Source: Bilabrum cf. latius
Taxonomy: Eukaryota
Direction of reading: 5' to 3'
Assembly: GCA_965178125.1 (NCBI GenBank)
Contig: OZ237769.1
Coordinates: 62,001-126,000 of the forward strand
Length of the DNA stretch: 64,000 nucleotides
A program made the position numbers and the translations under genes. This document shows positions 63,971 to 64,000 of the stretch, piece by piece. Under the pieces are notes generated by a model, which was given only the letters and a program-made list of their open reading frames with translations, made no database searches and was not told the DNA's origin. Numbering within the stretch: the first letter of the stretch is position 1; every line of letters starts with the position of its first letter.

Positions 63971-64000
63971 AGTGGTCTCTGAGTCGAACCCCCCACTATA
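62648..64000 (-). CDS. 3' end (receiver domain) of a paralogous hybrid histidine kinase, convergent with the previous gene; partial
   Basis: Frame open to the window edge except for TAG 63575. Receiver sequence nearly identical to 61465-62262; ends TGA 62648. Confidence 0.85.

Noticed and set aside
1-64000. tRNA (including a CUA suppressor), rRNA or transposase genes
   Set aside because: None recognisable by eye; a tRNAscan-SE or Infernal search would be needed to exclude them.

Overview
A GC-rich, gene-dense eukaryotic nuclear window. It has spliceosomal GT-AG introns, and two axonemal dynein assembly factors imply a flagellated protist; the Ala/Gly/Ser-rich insertion style recalls bicosoecid-type stramenopiles, which is inference only. 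The supplied ORF track is fragmented because the genome appears to use a non-standard nuclear code in which TAG is a sense codon, most likely Gln. About 100 in-frame TAGs (hand count) interrupt otherwise intact genes. Four fall on family-conserved Gln positions: GMP synthase GICYGF*E and YGI*FHPEV, SUV3 DEI*, and sialate O-acetylesterase CSG*SNM. TGA ends 16 of the 17 gene models and TAA ends one, so UAG and UAA appear decoupled. Reading TAG as Gln gives 17 gene models: a partial coiled-coil protein, DNAAF1, a DUF1279-like protein, a 2413-aa PH-like protein, an ABHD/YheT hydrolase, SUV3, a 2386-aa SIR2-like protein with a possible macro-like segment, DNAAF5, a LigB/DODA dioxygenase with an anomalous in-frame TAA, GMP synthase, an acetylesterase-GH27 fusion, SPF27, TMEM120, an M17 aminopeptidase, a coiled-coil protein with (GQ)79, and an inverted pair of hybrid histidine kinases (one about 4000 aa). 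A 28 x 41-bp hairpin minisatellite lies in a TMEM120 intron. All translations, counts and exon boundaries were derived by hand, and no searches were run.
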